The notes beneath the pieces were generated by a model. That model did not search any database and was not told the origin of the DNA. It saw only the letters and a list, made by a program, of their open reading frames with translations. Both the position numbers and the translations under genes were made by a program. A stretch of DNA of 64,000 nt from Camelus ferus. Taxonomy: Eukaryota. Positions 49,913 through 63,480 of this stretch are shown here, in pieces (position 1 is the stretch's first letter; every line of letters begins with the position of its first letter). The stretch lies in NCBI RefSeq assembly GCF_009834535.1, contig NC_045696.1, forward strand, positions 100,380,001-100,444,000, given 5' to 3'.

Positions 49913-51376
49913 ACATCCCCAGTATTTATTTATTTTATAACTGGAAGTTTATACCTTTTGACCACCTTTCTCCAAATCCGCCTCTTCCTACCCTCTACCT
50001 CTGGTAGTCACAAGTTCGATTTCTTTTCTCTTTTTCATTGACTTTCTTTTTCGTTTTCCTTACCTCCTTTTTGCTTTCTTCCTTCCTTTCTTTTTTTTAA
50101 TATTCCACATATAAACCAGATCATGAATATTTGTCTTCCTCTGTCTGACTTATTTCACTTAGTACAGTGCCTTCAGGGTCTATCCCCGGTTTTTGTAAAT
50201 GGTAGAATGTCCTCATTTTTTATGGCTGAATAATATTGCATTACTCAACAACTTTATCCATTCATCCATTGATGGACACTTAGGTTGTTTCCATGTCTTG
50301 GCTATTGTAAATAACGCTGCAGTGAACATGGGGATATAGCTATCTCTGCAAGATAGTGATTTTATTTCCTTTGGATGTGTTCCCAGAGGTAGAATTGCTG
50401 AATCATCTGATCATCTGCTTTTAATTTTTTGAGGATACCCCATTCTGTTTTCCATATTGATTGCACCAATTTACAATCACACGAGCAGTGCACAAGGGTA
50501 ATGCACAACACGATGACTCTTGTTTACACTGCTGTATGATATATAGGAAAGTTGTTGAGTTCCCATCATGTTTCCAAATGCAAGTTCCAGTGCCCAGCAC
50601 GCAGTGAGGCCAAACAAACCAAATCATTGGAGTTTGGAGCAGAGAAAGGTTTATTGCAAGGACCATAAAAGAAGAACAGGTGGCGCATGCTCAAAAGGTT
50701 GGAACTCCCCAATGGATTTCAGAGAAGACATTTTATAGGCAAAATTTGTGGGGAGTTCTGCAGGGTGTGTCATCTCCCTCTGATTGTTTGGTGGTGAGGT
50801 AACAGGGTGGTGTTCCAGGAGTCTCAATCATTAGCCTTCTGGTTCCATCCAGTCAGAGGTCCACATGCTTGTGCTCAGTCTGAGGTTACCATCCCTGACA
50901 TGGGTGGAGGCCTTAGTTCTTATAGAAAAACTCAGAGATATCTATCAGATTGTTATGCACATCCCTGGAGGAGGAACCAGGCCCAGGTCCCATTGTTGCA
51001 TCATTGTTTCTTTCCGCATTACCTCACTCTCCTAATTAATAACTGTTTGAATCTACCCTTTGGAACCCACGGATGTTCTAGCAGTCTGAAAGCCTTTTTT
51101 CTACAAACAGTAAACAGTGGAAGAGGGACATGGAAAGATTTTTATCACCGGGAGGACCCCTCAGGGTCCTGCTTGGTTTCAATAACAGGGAGAAAAATTT
51201 TTTTTTCTTTTTTTCTTTTTCTCTTTATATTGCATCTATATGAGATGATGGGTGTTAGCTGAACATATGGCAGCCATCATTTCACAACATATGTAAATAA
51301 AACTATCACGCCATGAGCCTTAAATTTACACAGTGATGTATGTCAATTACTTCTCATTAAAACTGGGGGAAAAAAG
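49913..51376 (+). mobile_element. 5'-inverted (twin-primed) L1 3' end, later interrupted by an LTR
   Basis: Antisense L1 from 49913 to about 50499, sense 3' terminus from about 50500 to 51376 ending cattaaaactgggggaaaaaaa; flanking repeat aaagttcta (49899-49907 / 51374-51382). Confidence 0.85.
50569..51181 (-). mobile_element. ERV1 solo LTR (same family as 7815-8394)
   Basis: tgtttcc...cttggtttca; flanks atca / ataa; minus-strand AATAAA. Confidence 0.88.
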
Positions 51377-52769
51377 TTCTAAGATAAAAGACCAGTGCTT
51401 TATTTCCATTCGAGTAGTTGTGCTTAGAAAGGTTCTAGAAGGAGAGCAGATTTTTTGAGGGTGTGTGTTTCTTCTCAATTCATGCACTCCTTACCATCTT
51501 TCTTCCTGAGGTGGCACCTAAATTCCAGGATGCTCATGAGTTCTATAGCCCAGGTCATATGGGTTGGTGGGTAGGGAGTAATTTAGGGGAGGATTCTGGC
51601 TGTGCCACAGTATCATTTGCTCAGATGTAAGCCATCCAGTCTGGATCTTGGGTACAGTGAATCATTGTTTATGACATCTGCAGGAATGTTTAATGTCCTC
51701 AACCACTCTCCAGTCAGAAGATTGATCATACATACACTGAAAACCCCACCTTTCCTATCACGGGAGACAAAAGCCATCTGGTAACTGGCTTGTTCTCTTC
51801 CCACTAATTCTTGAGAACTTCTTGGGAGTAAGAAATAGTTATATCTTGCAGTTCAGTTGGGGAGGGTCACAGAAGATTAGTTAACTTTGGGAAAGAACAC
51901 AAAGGGCAATATTTTATAATATCATTTCATCTCAACATTCTCATCCACCTCAGACAATTCAGTTATTCTGAGAAGAAACATGAAGAGAAGATAATATATG
52001 AAATTCAGATGGTAAATTGTTGGCTAATTAAATGTCATGAAAATTTGTTATAAAAGACTAATAACCTAGAGGGTGGTGGGGAGAGATTAAATACCATGAG
52101 GATGAAGAAAGTATAAATTCATATAGTTAACCAATTAATTTTATTTTGACAATTATTTTGAAATCACTATAATAATGTCAGTTTTGTATGTGTGGTTCTT
52201 TTTTTAAAAGGAAAGTCACTGACCTACTTAATGACAAATGATCTTTACAAGGTGACAAAATCTGTCCCACAAAAGTATGTTCTTTGAATTCTGTAACATG
52301 TTTGAAGCCTCACTTAGTTTATATACTACCAAGTTTTCATCATGTTCTGTTTGTTTCATCATCTAGAGATGCATATCTCTAGATTTAATTATTAACATTC
52401 TATGTGTGTGGAAAATTTGGAGGCAAAATTTCTCTTTACTCAGCTGAATATTATAAAACACTAAAGAAATCCATATGTCCTTTAAAAGAAGAATTTGTGT
52501 GAGGTTGGCCTACACAACTTAAAATGGGCTAATTTGGGAAAGTATAAATGGAATCTTCTGAATAAATAGCAGTGTTGTTACCCTGCAAAAAAATTAGTGT
52601 AGTCACCAAGGGTGGAGTTTTCACTTTTCCTGTGGTGTAAATTAATGCACTGGGAAAAAAGAAAATAAATAAATAAAGAATACCATGAACTAAAATGGTA
52701 AAGGAGAATGTAGAACTGTGCGACTTTGTGGGTTGTGTGGGGAGAACCAATTAAGAATGGGGTTTTCCA

Positions 52770-52980
52770 GTCTCTGACATAGTACACAGAAGGCTGTGGG
52801 TGGTGGGAGAGGAGCTGATGAGTACCCTTTAGAACAAGTTGTGTTTGCGATGCCTGGGGGATACCAAGTAAATGTCTACAGACATAAGAGTTCATGAAAG
52901 AAGGTTTAGCTAGAGACAAAGATTCTGCGATTTATTATTTTATAGGTGATAGAAATGCTATGGAATATTATTGAAGGTAT
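52770..52980 (-). mobile_element. L2 fragment
   Basis: gagtacccttagaacaagttgtgtttgcgatgcctggggataccaagtaaatgtct...ggtttagctagagacaaagatt. Confidence 0.55.
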
Positions 52981-53295
52981 GAATTATGAGAATCTGAAAA
53001 ACTAAATATTTGCTTCTAGATCAAAATGAGGTATAAAGTTAAAAAAAAATACTACCTCCAAAATATACACTGGCTTTTCAAGCTAAGTTTAAGTATTAGG
53101 AAGACAAAGAATTGAAAACTTAAAATATGTGAATATTTTGAGACCAGCTAAAACACCATAAGCCATCATTTTCACCAACATCATAACTCTGAGGACTGTG
53201 GTAGACAGAGCTGTGAATCAGATTGCTCTCTTGGCATTTTATCTCCAACTTGGTAGCCAAAATTTCTCCAGTATGAGATCTCCCCCAGATGCCTT

Positions 53296-53966
53296 TTATA
53301 CAAGAAAAGCGCATATGGGGTGACAGGGGAGAGCATGTCCCAGGTCTTGGTTGAGTCCCTGGGACGTGCCCTGCCAAGTGTAGGTCCTTGGCTTCACACA
53401 GGAAAGAATTGAATAGTGAGCCACAGTTGAGTAGAGATAGATTTATTTAGAGAGATATGTACTGCACAGAGTAAGGCTGTTTCAGAAGACAAGAGAAAGA
53501 CCACGAGGTGTGGAGGTTGGATGCTCAGGTTAAAGTAAAACTAGATACACACTCCATAGACAGAGTGTGGGCTGTCTCCAAAGATGAGGGAGTGAGATGT
53601 GGCCATGAGGCACAGTGTTGCCAGTTTTTATGGGCTTGGTAGCTTCATGTGCTAACAAGTTGGAGGACCATTCCAACTACCTTGGGGAAGGGGCTGGGAT
53701 TCCCAGGAACTAAGCCACTGCCCACTCTTTGACTTTTTATGGCTAGCCGTGGGACTATCATGGCACCTGTGGGCATGTTATTTACCATGCTAATATATCA
53801 CAATGAGCGTATAATGAAGCTCAAAGTCTACTAGAAGTTAAATCTCCCTCCATCTTGAGCCTCAAGGCCTACTGGGAATTGAATTTTCCACCATTTTGGT
53901 GTTAATTGCTGTGTCATTCCTTCAATGGCTGTGCTCTGTCCCCTTCCCTCCTTCCCTCTTGTCTCA
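53296..53966 (-). mobile_element. ERV1 solo LTR
   Basis: ggtccttggcttcacacaggaaagaatt...gatttattta...ttcccaggaac...tgtctca; TSD cctt (53292-53295 / 53967-53970). Confidence 0.8.
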
Positions 53967-54569
53967 CCTTGTGCCTTTAGACTGTACACAGCCTCCCCTC
54001 TTTCAGTCCTCCTTACCCCAAACAGCCCCCAACATTTCAGAACTTTCCTTCTTAACGCCTCTACTTTTTGTCTCCGTGAAAACCTCAATACCTTGTCTTA
54101 CTTCTCTTCTTACTTCTTCCCTAAGCATCTGCTAAATCATCTGACACATAATGTGCTCAGTACTAATGAACACTGCTGTGATTCTATTGATAGCTTTTCT
54201 TTTTCCCCAAGTAGCACATACACACGTTTATTCTAAAAGCACGATTGTGATTTGAGACACTATAGAGGATGAGAAAATTGTTTGGGGCAAAGATAACTTC
54301 TGTGTTCAAGATGTACAAAAGAATGCACTCTGATTGTTTATTGCAGTTGTAGGGGCAGTTAAAATGTTAGGTTAGGTTGACTGTAAAAGTTATATCATCT
54401 TAGAAAATTTCACAGATAGCAGAAGAATAAGAAAGAAAACCAAGTCTGCTGGGAATAACAACTGATAGCATTTCCATGCCTCTTTTTAATGCATACTTAT
54501 TTTCAATATCCTCCATCCTCCTCCACCATCCTATCTTCTAACTGTTTTCCCCTCTATCATCATTATGGA

Positions 54570-54800
54570 CAAAATTGATTAAGTGCCCACTATGTACCAG
54601 CACTGGGTTAAGTGTCTTACATGGACCAACTCAATTCTCAAAGCAAATTATGCTATGGATATTATTTTCTCCACTTTGGCAGAGGAGAAATTGAGACTTA
54701 AAAAAGAAGTTAGGAACTTACCCAAAGACAAACAGCTGGTAATGGGAGAAACAGGATGTCACTCTGGACAACCTGAATCCTGAGCTGTGCTCTTGAGATG
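54570..54800 (-). mobile_element. MIR SINE
   Basis: ttgattaagtgcccactatgtaccagcactgggttaagtg...ccactttggcagaggagaaattgagactt...aacttacccaaag. Confidence 0.8.
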
Positions 54801-55338
54801 TTGCTCTATCAGATTGTGTGTTGTGCAAAGTCTTGAAAGGGCTAACATAACGAACAGATTTCTCTCTTAGTAACATTTGCATTATTTTTCCTCCAGTCAA
54901 GGCTTTTTAACTTGCGACTTTGGAATGCTAGTTGTGGTTAGGTGGGTTTAACTAAGATACTTTGAACCATAATTGCTTCATAATTGGAGTAACCCTTCTG
55001 TCTACTTCTTTTGGAAAGGTTTTACTTTTGTTACTCATACCTTTGTTCTTTGCCTGGTACTAGGCAACAGTGTAATTTGTAACCATAGCTAAATGCACAT
55101 TACTTTTAGAATGATTATGTGCCCTGAATTGAGTTATAGTGTCCTGAATTGAGTAGCAAACTCTACAATAATATTTTCTGGGAACAAAATACACTGAAAA
55201 GGGAATCTGAAACTTTCAGACAGTGCTATACAAATCAGACATGCTGTGAACCTCACTGATGTACCTTTAAGATAAAATCAATATAATAGTGCTTATCTTC
55301 AATTTATCAAATCCAGGTACCCTTTTTTCATATTCTCT

Positions 55339-55537
55339 GGGGTTAAAATTTCCAGATTTGGCAAACAAAAATACAGGAGAACAAGTTAAAGTGGATTTCA
55401 TATAAATAACAAAAAAAAATTTATTTTAGTATAACTATGTCCCAAATAGTGCATGTAACACACCTATTTTTTTTTTAAGTCATTGTTCATCTAAAATTCA
55501 AACTTAATCAGACATCCAGTATGTCACCTGACAGCTA
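55339..55537. mobile_element. MER53 palindromic hAT MITE
   Basis: ccagatttggcaaacaaaaatacagg...ttttagtataactatgtccc...ttgttcatctaaaattcaaacttaa. Confidence 0.85.
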
Positions 55538-55929
55538 TCTAGTGAATCTCCTTAGTTTCAGGCAAGAACTTGTTCAGTGACTTGAGTGATTTCAGAGTTT
55601 CCTCTGAGAAAAATAATGTCGTTCAGTCAATGCATCCTTAACTTCTTGTAAGGTGGGACTGGGCAGACCTCCATCCTTCCCAAAATCATGAGATGATTTC
55701 CTAACGACTCACAATGAATGGCCATCTGGTATGTGACATATGTGATTCTCTTTTCCAACAACACAGATGCACCTACTAAAGAGCTCAATCATGTGAATAA
55801 GACAATATTTAAAAAGACACTCTAAGTGGCATGCTCTATTCTTCTTGGAGATTCTGACGTGTCCTCCCACAGCAAGGCATAGAAGCTGTGGGAGGTGGGA
55901 TTAGAGACTCTTTAACTGCACATAGTTTT

Positions 55930-56059
55930 TTGGGGGGGGGGCAGCAGGGAAGGCAATTAGTTTTTTTTTTTTTTTTTAACAGAGGTAGTACTGGGGATTG
56001 AACCCAGGACCTGTGCATGCTAAGCACATGCTCTACCATTGAGCTATACCCTCCCCCCA
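55930..56059 (-). mobile_element. Vic-1-type tRNA-Ala-derived SINE (camelid)
   Basis: Minus strand ggggggagggtatagctcaatggtagagcatgtgcttagcatgcacaggtcctgggttcaatccccagtac; perfect 13-bp TSD tgcacatagtttt (55917-55929 / 56060-56072). Confidence 0.93.
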
Positions 56060-56239
56060 TGCACATAGTTTTATGCACTGTATTTTAATTGTATCTTATG
56101 TATCTATCCTACTTATCCTTAATATTTTACTCATTGTCTTACTTTATGCTATGTTGATTTTCATATGTTTGTGAGATGCCGTAAATCATACCTGTGCCTT
56201 CCAATATGGTATAATATAAAGTATAAGATACCACTAGGA

Positions 56240-57270
56240 CATATTATCAGCCAAAAAAATTGAATATAATTAAGCCTTTAGAGTTAAATTCCATTTACAG
56301 GATAAGAAGGAACCAATTGAAAAACACAATGTAGTAGATAAACTCTAAAGATTTCTCTCCAATGAATACATCTAATATTTTCTCACTTGTGTAGTCCTCT
56401 CCCCTTGAATTGAGGCTTGGAGATTCTTGAGATTTGCTTTTTGATCAATAGAATGCTACAGAAGTGACACTGTGTGCCATCCCAGGCTAGATGGTAGAGG
56501 CTGTCATTTCTGCTGTTGAACACTTGTTTTTGATACGTTCCCTCTTGGAATCCAGCCTCCATGCCAGAAGCAGCTCAAGCCACATGGAGATGCCACAGAT
56601 AAGCCTTTCCACTGACAGTCTCACTAATTTCCAAGCTGAGAGCCAGCACTGACGTCAGGCATATGAGTGAGCCAAAGTGGACATCAGACTTGAGCCTGGT
56701 AAATCCATAGCACTGAGATAATAGATAATAAATATGCTGTTGTTTTAAATTTGGGGATTGTTAGATATTCAACAATAGGTAAGTGGAACTCACCACAAGG
56801 AAGCACACAGACAAACCTGGAATGTAGGACATTATGCAGGTCAAATGACCCAGTTTCTTTAACAGGTCAGAAACAGAGAAGGGAAAAAAAGGAAGGAATG
56901 TGTTTCATTTTAGACTACATGTGTGGATCTTGTTTAGATCCTAATTCAAACAAAACAATGGTAAAAACATATTCCTGAGCAATTTGAGCAATTTGAGTAC
57001 ATTTATTGGTTATGATAATTCTGTCAGGAATTAAGGTGACATACGATGGAGACCCATTTTTTTTTAATAGTTGCATATGAAGCTTTGTGAGACTGAAATG
57101 ATATCTGCTGTTTGCTTTAATGACCAAATGAAGGCGATGAAAAGAGAGACATGAAGCAAGAAGCAAAATCTTGACAATTTTTCGTTCACTCTGGTGAAGG
57201 ATACATGGAAGTCCATGGTAACTTCTCTACTTCAATGTGTATTTGCAACTCTTCGTGATTAAAAATAAGC
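56240..57270 (+). mobile_element. L1ME-like 3' end hosting an MLT1
   Basis: cacagacaaacctggaatgtaggacatt...gtgtggatcttgtttagatcctaattcaaacaaa...ggatacatggaagtccat. Confidence 0.7.
56330..56789 (+). mobile_element. MaLR LTR (MLT1F/G-like)
   Basis: tgtagtagataaactctaaagat...caatagaatgctacagaagtgacactgtg...ccctcttggaatccagcctccatg...caataggtaagtggaac. Confidence 0.85.
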
Positions 57271-59519
57271 AAAATACTTTCTGAAGCCATAAAAAATACT
57301 ACACACATTATTCCTGTATGCATGTAAATATAAAAATTATATGCATATCCATATAAATACACAAATAAATTGACCAAATTATTCAGAAAATAAAAACTAC
57401 GTATCATTTGATATGTGTAATTATATAGGTGATTAACATACCAAATGAATATTTTTTTTCAATTGAAAATACTAACAATATTATAAAACGTAAAGTATAA
57501 AATACTTTATAGTCAATTCAATTTCTTTTCTTACTCAGTATGTTCGGAATGAAATTTATGATTTAAGCAAAACCTTTCTTCCTTTTTCCTTGATGTTATT
57601 CCCTATCCTGCTCCACCCTTTTATCTCTACTTATACTAATGTGTGAATAATTGTATATTGTTGAACTGAAAAGCTTTCTAGAAGTTGTCAGGGATTAGAG
57701 GACTTAAGTAAAGTATCTAATATTTTATATTAGATTCCAGAATTAACCTGTCTGCACTCATGGTTAAGCAAAGCAGGATAATTGTTGGTTTTATCTACAT
57801 ATACAAATTCTAAATAGTTAAATTAATTACTCACTAGTTAGTAAAGAGTTACTAATTAAGTTTTGGTGGCTCTGGTTCTTGAATACATTTAGATGAACCC
57901 TTTATGTATAAGAATCTGGTTAATACTCCTTTCAAAGGTTCACTAAAAATAAGGAAAATCATTACTATATTAAAATGTCAGAAGTGGTCCCCAAGTACAA
58001 ATTTTAAAGTGATCTTTAAACCATTTTGGAGTTTTCCACTTCAAATTAATATTATAGCAAATTGATAAATAATATCCCACATTTTTCCTCATGAAATTTC
58101 TCTTTATAACACTGAAAGGAACCTGAGAACCCCAAATTAAACTTATGTTAAATCACAAAAGTAAGAGCTAAGAATTAGACTTAAAATAGTCAATGATAAA
58201 TGGACTCATCTTGGTGTAGACAGCTTTATAAGAATCTTTAAAATTTGTCTAATGTTCCTGCTGTGAGCTGAAGCAGGGCTAAAAATTCGTTCTTTTCAAA
58301 TGGCCCAGAGAAGCAATGACTTCTGAATATGCAAAATCTTAAATTAATTATTAAGTTGTATTTTTAAAGCTTTCACAGATCCTAATATTATCTCAGATTC
58401 TTTGACAAAGGCCTTGATTCCTGGGTCTTTTTTAATAGGCTGGTAATTTGTTCAAGTAAGGAAGCCTATCCTGGTGTGAGGCAAGAGAATAAAGATAACT
58501 CATTTACTTTTTGCAGATTAGTTATTAAATGTCACTTTGACATTTAATTTTGACATTGATAATATGACCAGAGAGGTTTTCTTTTCTCTTGCTGTTCTCT
58601 GGGAAAATATAAATTCTTAACTTAAAAATTGCTCTGTATTTCCCCAAACCTTTCTTGAAAAGCTCACTGAAGTGACTGTTTGGAACAGAGAGTCAAAAGA
58701 AACCTGTTACAACATGTAAAATGAATTAGTTTTAAATAATAAAACACTATCTGGAACAAAAATTTCTCAATATATGTTAATAGAACAAAACTTTGTATCA
58801 CGGGTCCATTTTGATCAGTCGAAGGAGGTGATTATCCAAGGAAGGCTCTGTGGATAATTTAGAACTAGTCATTATATGTACTTTGCAAAGATATAAAATT
58901 TAACAGTAGTAGGAAATTAATGAGTTTCCTGCCAAATGCAGTGTGTTATGATATAATAAACTCTCATAAAAAAGTAATCTCTTCAAAAATAAAGCTTGAA
59001 GTTTTTTTTGCATTAATTGAACATTCACAATCAGAAGCTTTCATATTCCTGGGGTTCCACTTGTTCTCTGCTTTTACCTTTGCTTAAAAGCTAGACTGGC
59101 AACAGGGCAGAACAAGCCCAGGGTTCTGGCTATGGTGCTGTCCCTCTGGTGCTCCAGGCTCCTACCTGGCTAGCCTAGGGGAGTGATGCTGAGTGGGCAG
59201 CTTTGTCTCTTGGAACATTCAACTCAAACTCTATGTTCCCTTTCTTAGTGCTCTCTACCTGAAAGGAGTGGTTACCTTCTTTTTGTGTAAAAATCTCATT
59301 CATCGTAGATCAAAACTCAACCTGGTCATTGATCCTGAGGGTGGAATGATATCTAGTAGCCAGAATAGTCATTGCTCTTGGGGTGCTTCCATTTGAATAA
59401 GCTCTGAAGTTACTAAAACAGGGTGCTTAAGAAGTAGTTGGTGAAACTGTGAGAAACGTTGCAGACTTTCGGACAGCATTTCCAGATATTCTGTTTTCAG
59501 CTGTATGAAGTAGGGTCAA

Positions 59520-61390
59520 GTAATCCCGTACCCATTAGCAGTGACTCCCCATTCCCCTGTCCCCCACCACTTGACAACCACAAATCTACTTTCTGTCTAC
59601 GTAGATTTGCCTATTCTAGATACTTCATACAAATAGAAGCATAAAATATGTGGTCTTTGTAACTGGCTTCTTTCACTTAATATAGTATTTTCTAGGTTCA
59701 TCCTTGTTGTAACATGAATCTAGTTTTTTTTTTTTTTTTTTTTTTTTTGCTGAAACTATTCCATTGTATGGATATACTCCATTTAATTTATTCATCAAGT
59801 AAGTGATGGACATTTGAGTTGTCTCCACTTCTTGACTATTATAAATAATGCTGCTATGATCATACATACACAAGTTTTTGTTTTGACATATGTATTTACT
59901 TCTCTTGGGTATAAACCTAAAAGTGGTATTGCTGGGTCATATGATAACTGTTTAACTTAATGAAGAACCGGTGAACTTTTTCTAAAGCAGCTGTACCATT
60001 TATATTACCCTCAGCATGTATGAAGGTTTCCATCTTCATGAATGCTTGTAATTGTCCCCCATTTCTTTTTTAAAATTTTAACCATTCTAGTGGATGTAAA
60101 GAGGTGTCACACTGTGGTTTTAATCTGAATTTCCCTAAAGATAAAAAGTATTGAGCATTTTCTTGTGTGCTTTTCATCATTTGTATACTCTCTTTGGAAA
60201 AATGTTTATTCAATTCCTTTGCCCAGGTTTTAAGTTATTTGTTCTTTTATTATTGACTTCTAAAAGTTCTTTACCTTTTCTGAATATAAGACTCTTATCA
60301 GATGTATGCTTTGCAAATATTTTTCCCACTATTTTGTGGGTTATCTTTCCCCCCTGTTTTGATGTTGGCCACTAAAGCACAAAAATTTTTAATTTTGATG
60401 TAGTCTAATTTATCTATTGTTTTCTTTTGTTGCCTGTGCTTTTGGTGTTATATCTAAAAAACTATTGCCTATTCCGAAAGCACGAAGATTTACTTCTGTG
60501 TTTCTTATAATTTTAGCTTTCACATTTACTTCCGTCATTCATTTGGAGTTAATTTTTGTATGTAGTATGTAGTATGGGACCAATTTCATTCCTTTGAATG
60601 TGGATATCCAGTTGTCCCAGCGCTATTTGTTGGAAAGATTATTCTTTCCTCATTGAAATGTCTTGAGACCTTTGTTGAAAGCCAATTGACAGTAAAGTTG
60701 AGTCTCTTGCGAATCTCATTCTATTCCATTAATATCTGTCTGCTCTTAGGCCAGCACTACCCTCTTGATTATTGTAGATCTGTGTCAGGTGAGGAAATAC
60801 GGAAATGTGGAAATGTGTGTCTTCTGACTTTATTCTTCTTTTCCAAGATTGTTTTGGCTACTTGGGGTCTTTTGCAATTCCACATAAATTTTAGGATCAA
60901 ATTGTCAATTTCTGCAAAGCAGCTAGCAGGGATTTTGATAGGAATTGCTTTGAATCTATAGACCAATGTGGGGAATATTATTATCCTAATGATACCAAGT
61001 CTTGTGATTGTGTACTTACAGTGTCTTTCCATTTATTCAGATCTTTAATTTCTATCAATAATGTTTTGCAGTTTTCAGTGTCCAGTTCCTCTACTTCTTT
61101 GGTTAAATTTATATTAAATATTTTACTCTTTTTGATCCTATTGTAAAGAATTTTTTTCTTAGTACTACTTTTGAAAGAGTCTAGTCTATACTAGTCTATA
61201 GAAATAATTGATTTTTGTGTGTTAATCTGGTATTCTGTAAACTTGCTGGGCTCATTTATTAGGTCTAATAGGGTTTTAGCAGATTACTTAGAATTTTCTA
61301 TTACAAGATTATGTAATCTGCAAATATAATTTACTTCTACCTGTGCAATCTATGTGGTTTTTTTTTTTTTTTCCTGTTACTTCATTGCCT
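59520..61390 (-). mobile_element. L1MB-like element, ORF2 C-terminal region and part of the 3' UTR
   Basis: ORF 60769-61032 contains YRFKAIPIKIPASCFAEIDNLILKFMWNCKRPQVAKTILEKKNK (L1 ORF2); classic antisense 3' UTR motifs. Confidence 0.92.
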
Positions 61391-62889
61391 GGGTCCTTGA
61401 GTAATTCTGATGCAAGCAGTTAGAGGATTACATTTGGAGAAAGTGAATTAAAAAGAAAAGTTTAGACAACATTTCAGGTATTGCCAAATGAAGACAAAAT
61501 TGAGACCTCAGAAGCTCAGACTTAAATCCCACAAGAAGGATAAGTGCCCACTCCGTTTTACATAAATATAGCTCCTGAAGGAGATGATTGAAGACTCTGT
61601 AAAAATAATATAAACATCATAGCCAAGTTTATTGCTCTTCAGAGAATTTAAAAAGTATGATTTTGATAACTTTTCCTAAGAGGAACAACTTATATTTATA
61701 CAAAAAATACGTAATTTGTAATGCTTACTCTACCTAACAGTCAGTATTTGAAGAAAGAAAAATAGTTGAGTTTTTGAGTTCCTAGTCCATTACTTAGTAG
61801 TTTTGTGAACTGAGGAGAATCAGTTATTCCTACTGATTTTTATTTTGCTGATTGTAAAATAAGAAAACTATGGTAACATGATCTCCTTAAGGAGATCATC
61901 AGCAATGTCTAGCACATTGTAGGGATTAACGTATGTGTTTCTAAATATATAATGAATGGATCTTTCCTGTATCAAATTGTTGTTCACATTTGAAATCACA
62001 TTTAAATTAAAACATTATTCAAAATATTGGTATCTTTTATTCTTTGTACCCAACATTTAAAAGTCTTTGATTTGAGGTCATTTGAAAATAGAGATCTAGT
62101 CATCATCTTAAATATGATTCACAAGAAACTAGAATTTTACTTACATTATTAATCATTTTCATTCATGAAGGAATGCTCTCTATTTTAGAGGACTCTATAA
62201 TGACATCTCAAAAAAATCAGTGTTATTTTACAATAAATCCTTACCATTATGTCTTGTTTAAAGCAGTAAGTTCAACAGAGACATGTGGATTCTTTGGTAG
62301 TAAAACATGTTTTTCACTTATTTTTCTGGCATTAGTTTAACAATGTACACTGAAAATAAACTACGTCATATATTCCCTGACCATCTCTGAACACATTTGA
62401 AAGCAATAAAATTAAACAGAACAGCTTTTTCTGTTTACTTTTGACCTGAAGAGATTCCTTTTTATTATCTATAAGACATTGTAAATGTGTATAAGAGGAT
62501 CCAGAGTTTATTTAATTCATTTTAAGGAATTTAGATCTTTTTGAGCTTAGCTAGCTATGATTTTTGGTATTTAATTAAGGATTGTTGTAACTCAGGAAAG
62601 CATTGGATGCCTAGATTTTTTTCAGCAGATTGGATTCACATTGGTGTCCAAGAGGATGAAACATGAAGATGAATGTAAAACTTCATCCTGTTCTTCTTCC
62701 TCTTCTTTTTTTTTAAACCGCATTTAGGTTCTGCCAGTGAAATGAATCAGCTCACTCTAAACCTGGCTAGTAACTGAACCGGTGTACTGATTTAAAAATT
62801 TAAGAGAGAAAGTCATAAATTCTGGTATTCAATTCCTACACTCAATTCCAGGAGAGACAGAGATTTAAATATGGTTTGCAGTGAATGGC

Positions 62890-63095
62890 TGGTGCTGTCA
62901 ATTGTTGTTTATCTTGGGTTCATCCAGCTCTCACACCCTTCTCCAGCACTGTGCTGTACCTCAGGGGACTGACCCTTGCAATCTGCATTTCCTGGGCTCC
63001 CTTGCAAAGTAACTCACAGTCAAGATCAGTCAGTCAATGGGAAGCACTGGTGAGAGCCTGGAGGCAGAAAGAAGACAGCCATCAGGGATCTCTCT
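62890..63095 (+). mobile_element. LTR33-like ERVL LTR 5' fragment
   Basis: ctgacccttgcaatctgcatttcctgggctcccttgc...gtcaatgggaagcactggtgagagcctggaggcagaaag. Confidence 0.6.
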
Positions 63096-63099
63096 TCTG

Positions 63100-63480
63100 A
63101 CAGAGATGGATAAAAGTTTGTTGGGACGTGAAGCTTACATGATTTTTTGAGACCTCTTCAAGAAAAAGAATTAAAAATTACATATATAAATTCAATTTAA
63201 AAATGAATATTTACTTAGAATGAGGAAATAAATCACTACAAGTTAATAATTTTGAAAAGCTAGCAAATACAAACATAAAAAGTTTAATTAACTTACTGGT
63301 ACACCTCCATAATACGTTTTCTATAATTTTTGACTGCATATTCTTTAATCATTTCTTCATATGACAATGGTTTTGTAATATTTTATCTAAACAGAGTACA
63401 AGATTATTCAGTCTTTCCTCTAGTATAGCTGATCAGAACTTGTTGTTTTATTATTTATAACTGAGATGCACAAAACACAT
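63100..63480. mobile_element. hAT-Tip100-like DNA transposon end (Zaphod/MER115-like)
   Basis: gtttgttgggacgtgaagcttacatgattttttgagacctcttcaagaaaaagaat...aaatgaatatttacttagaatgag. Confidence 0.5.
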
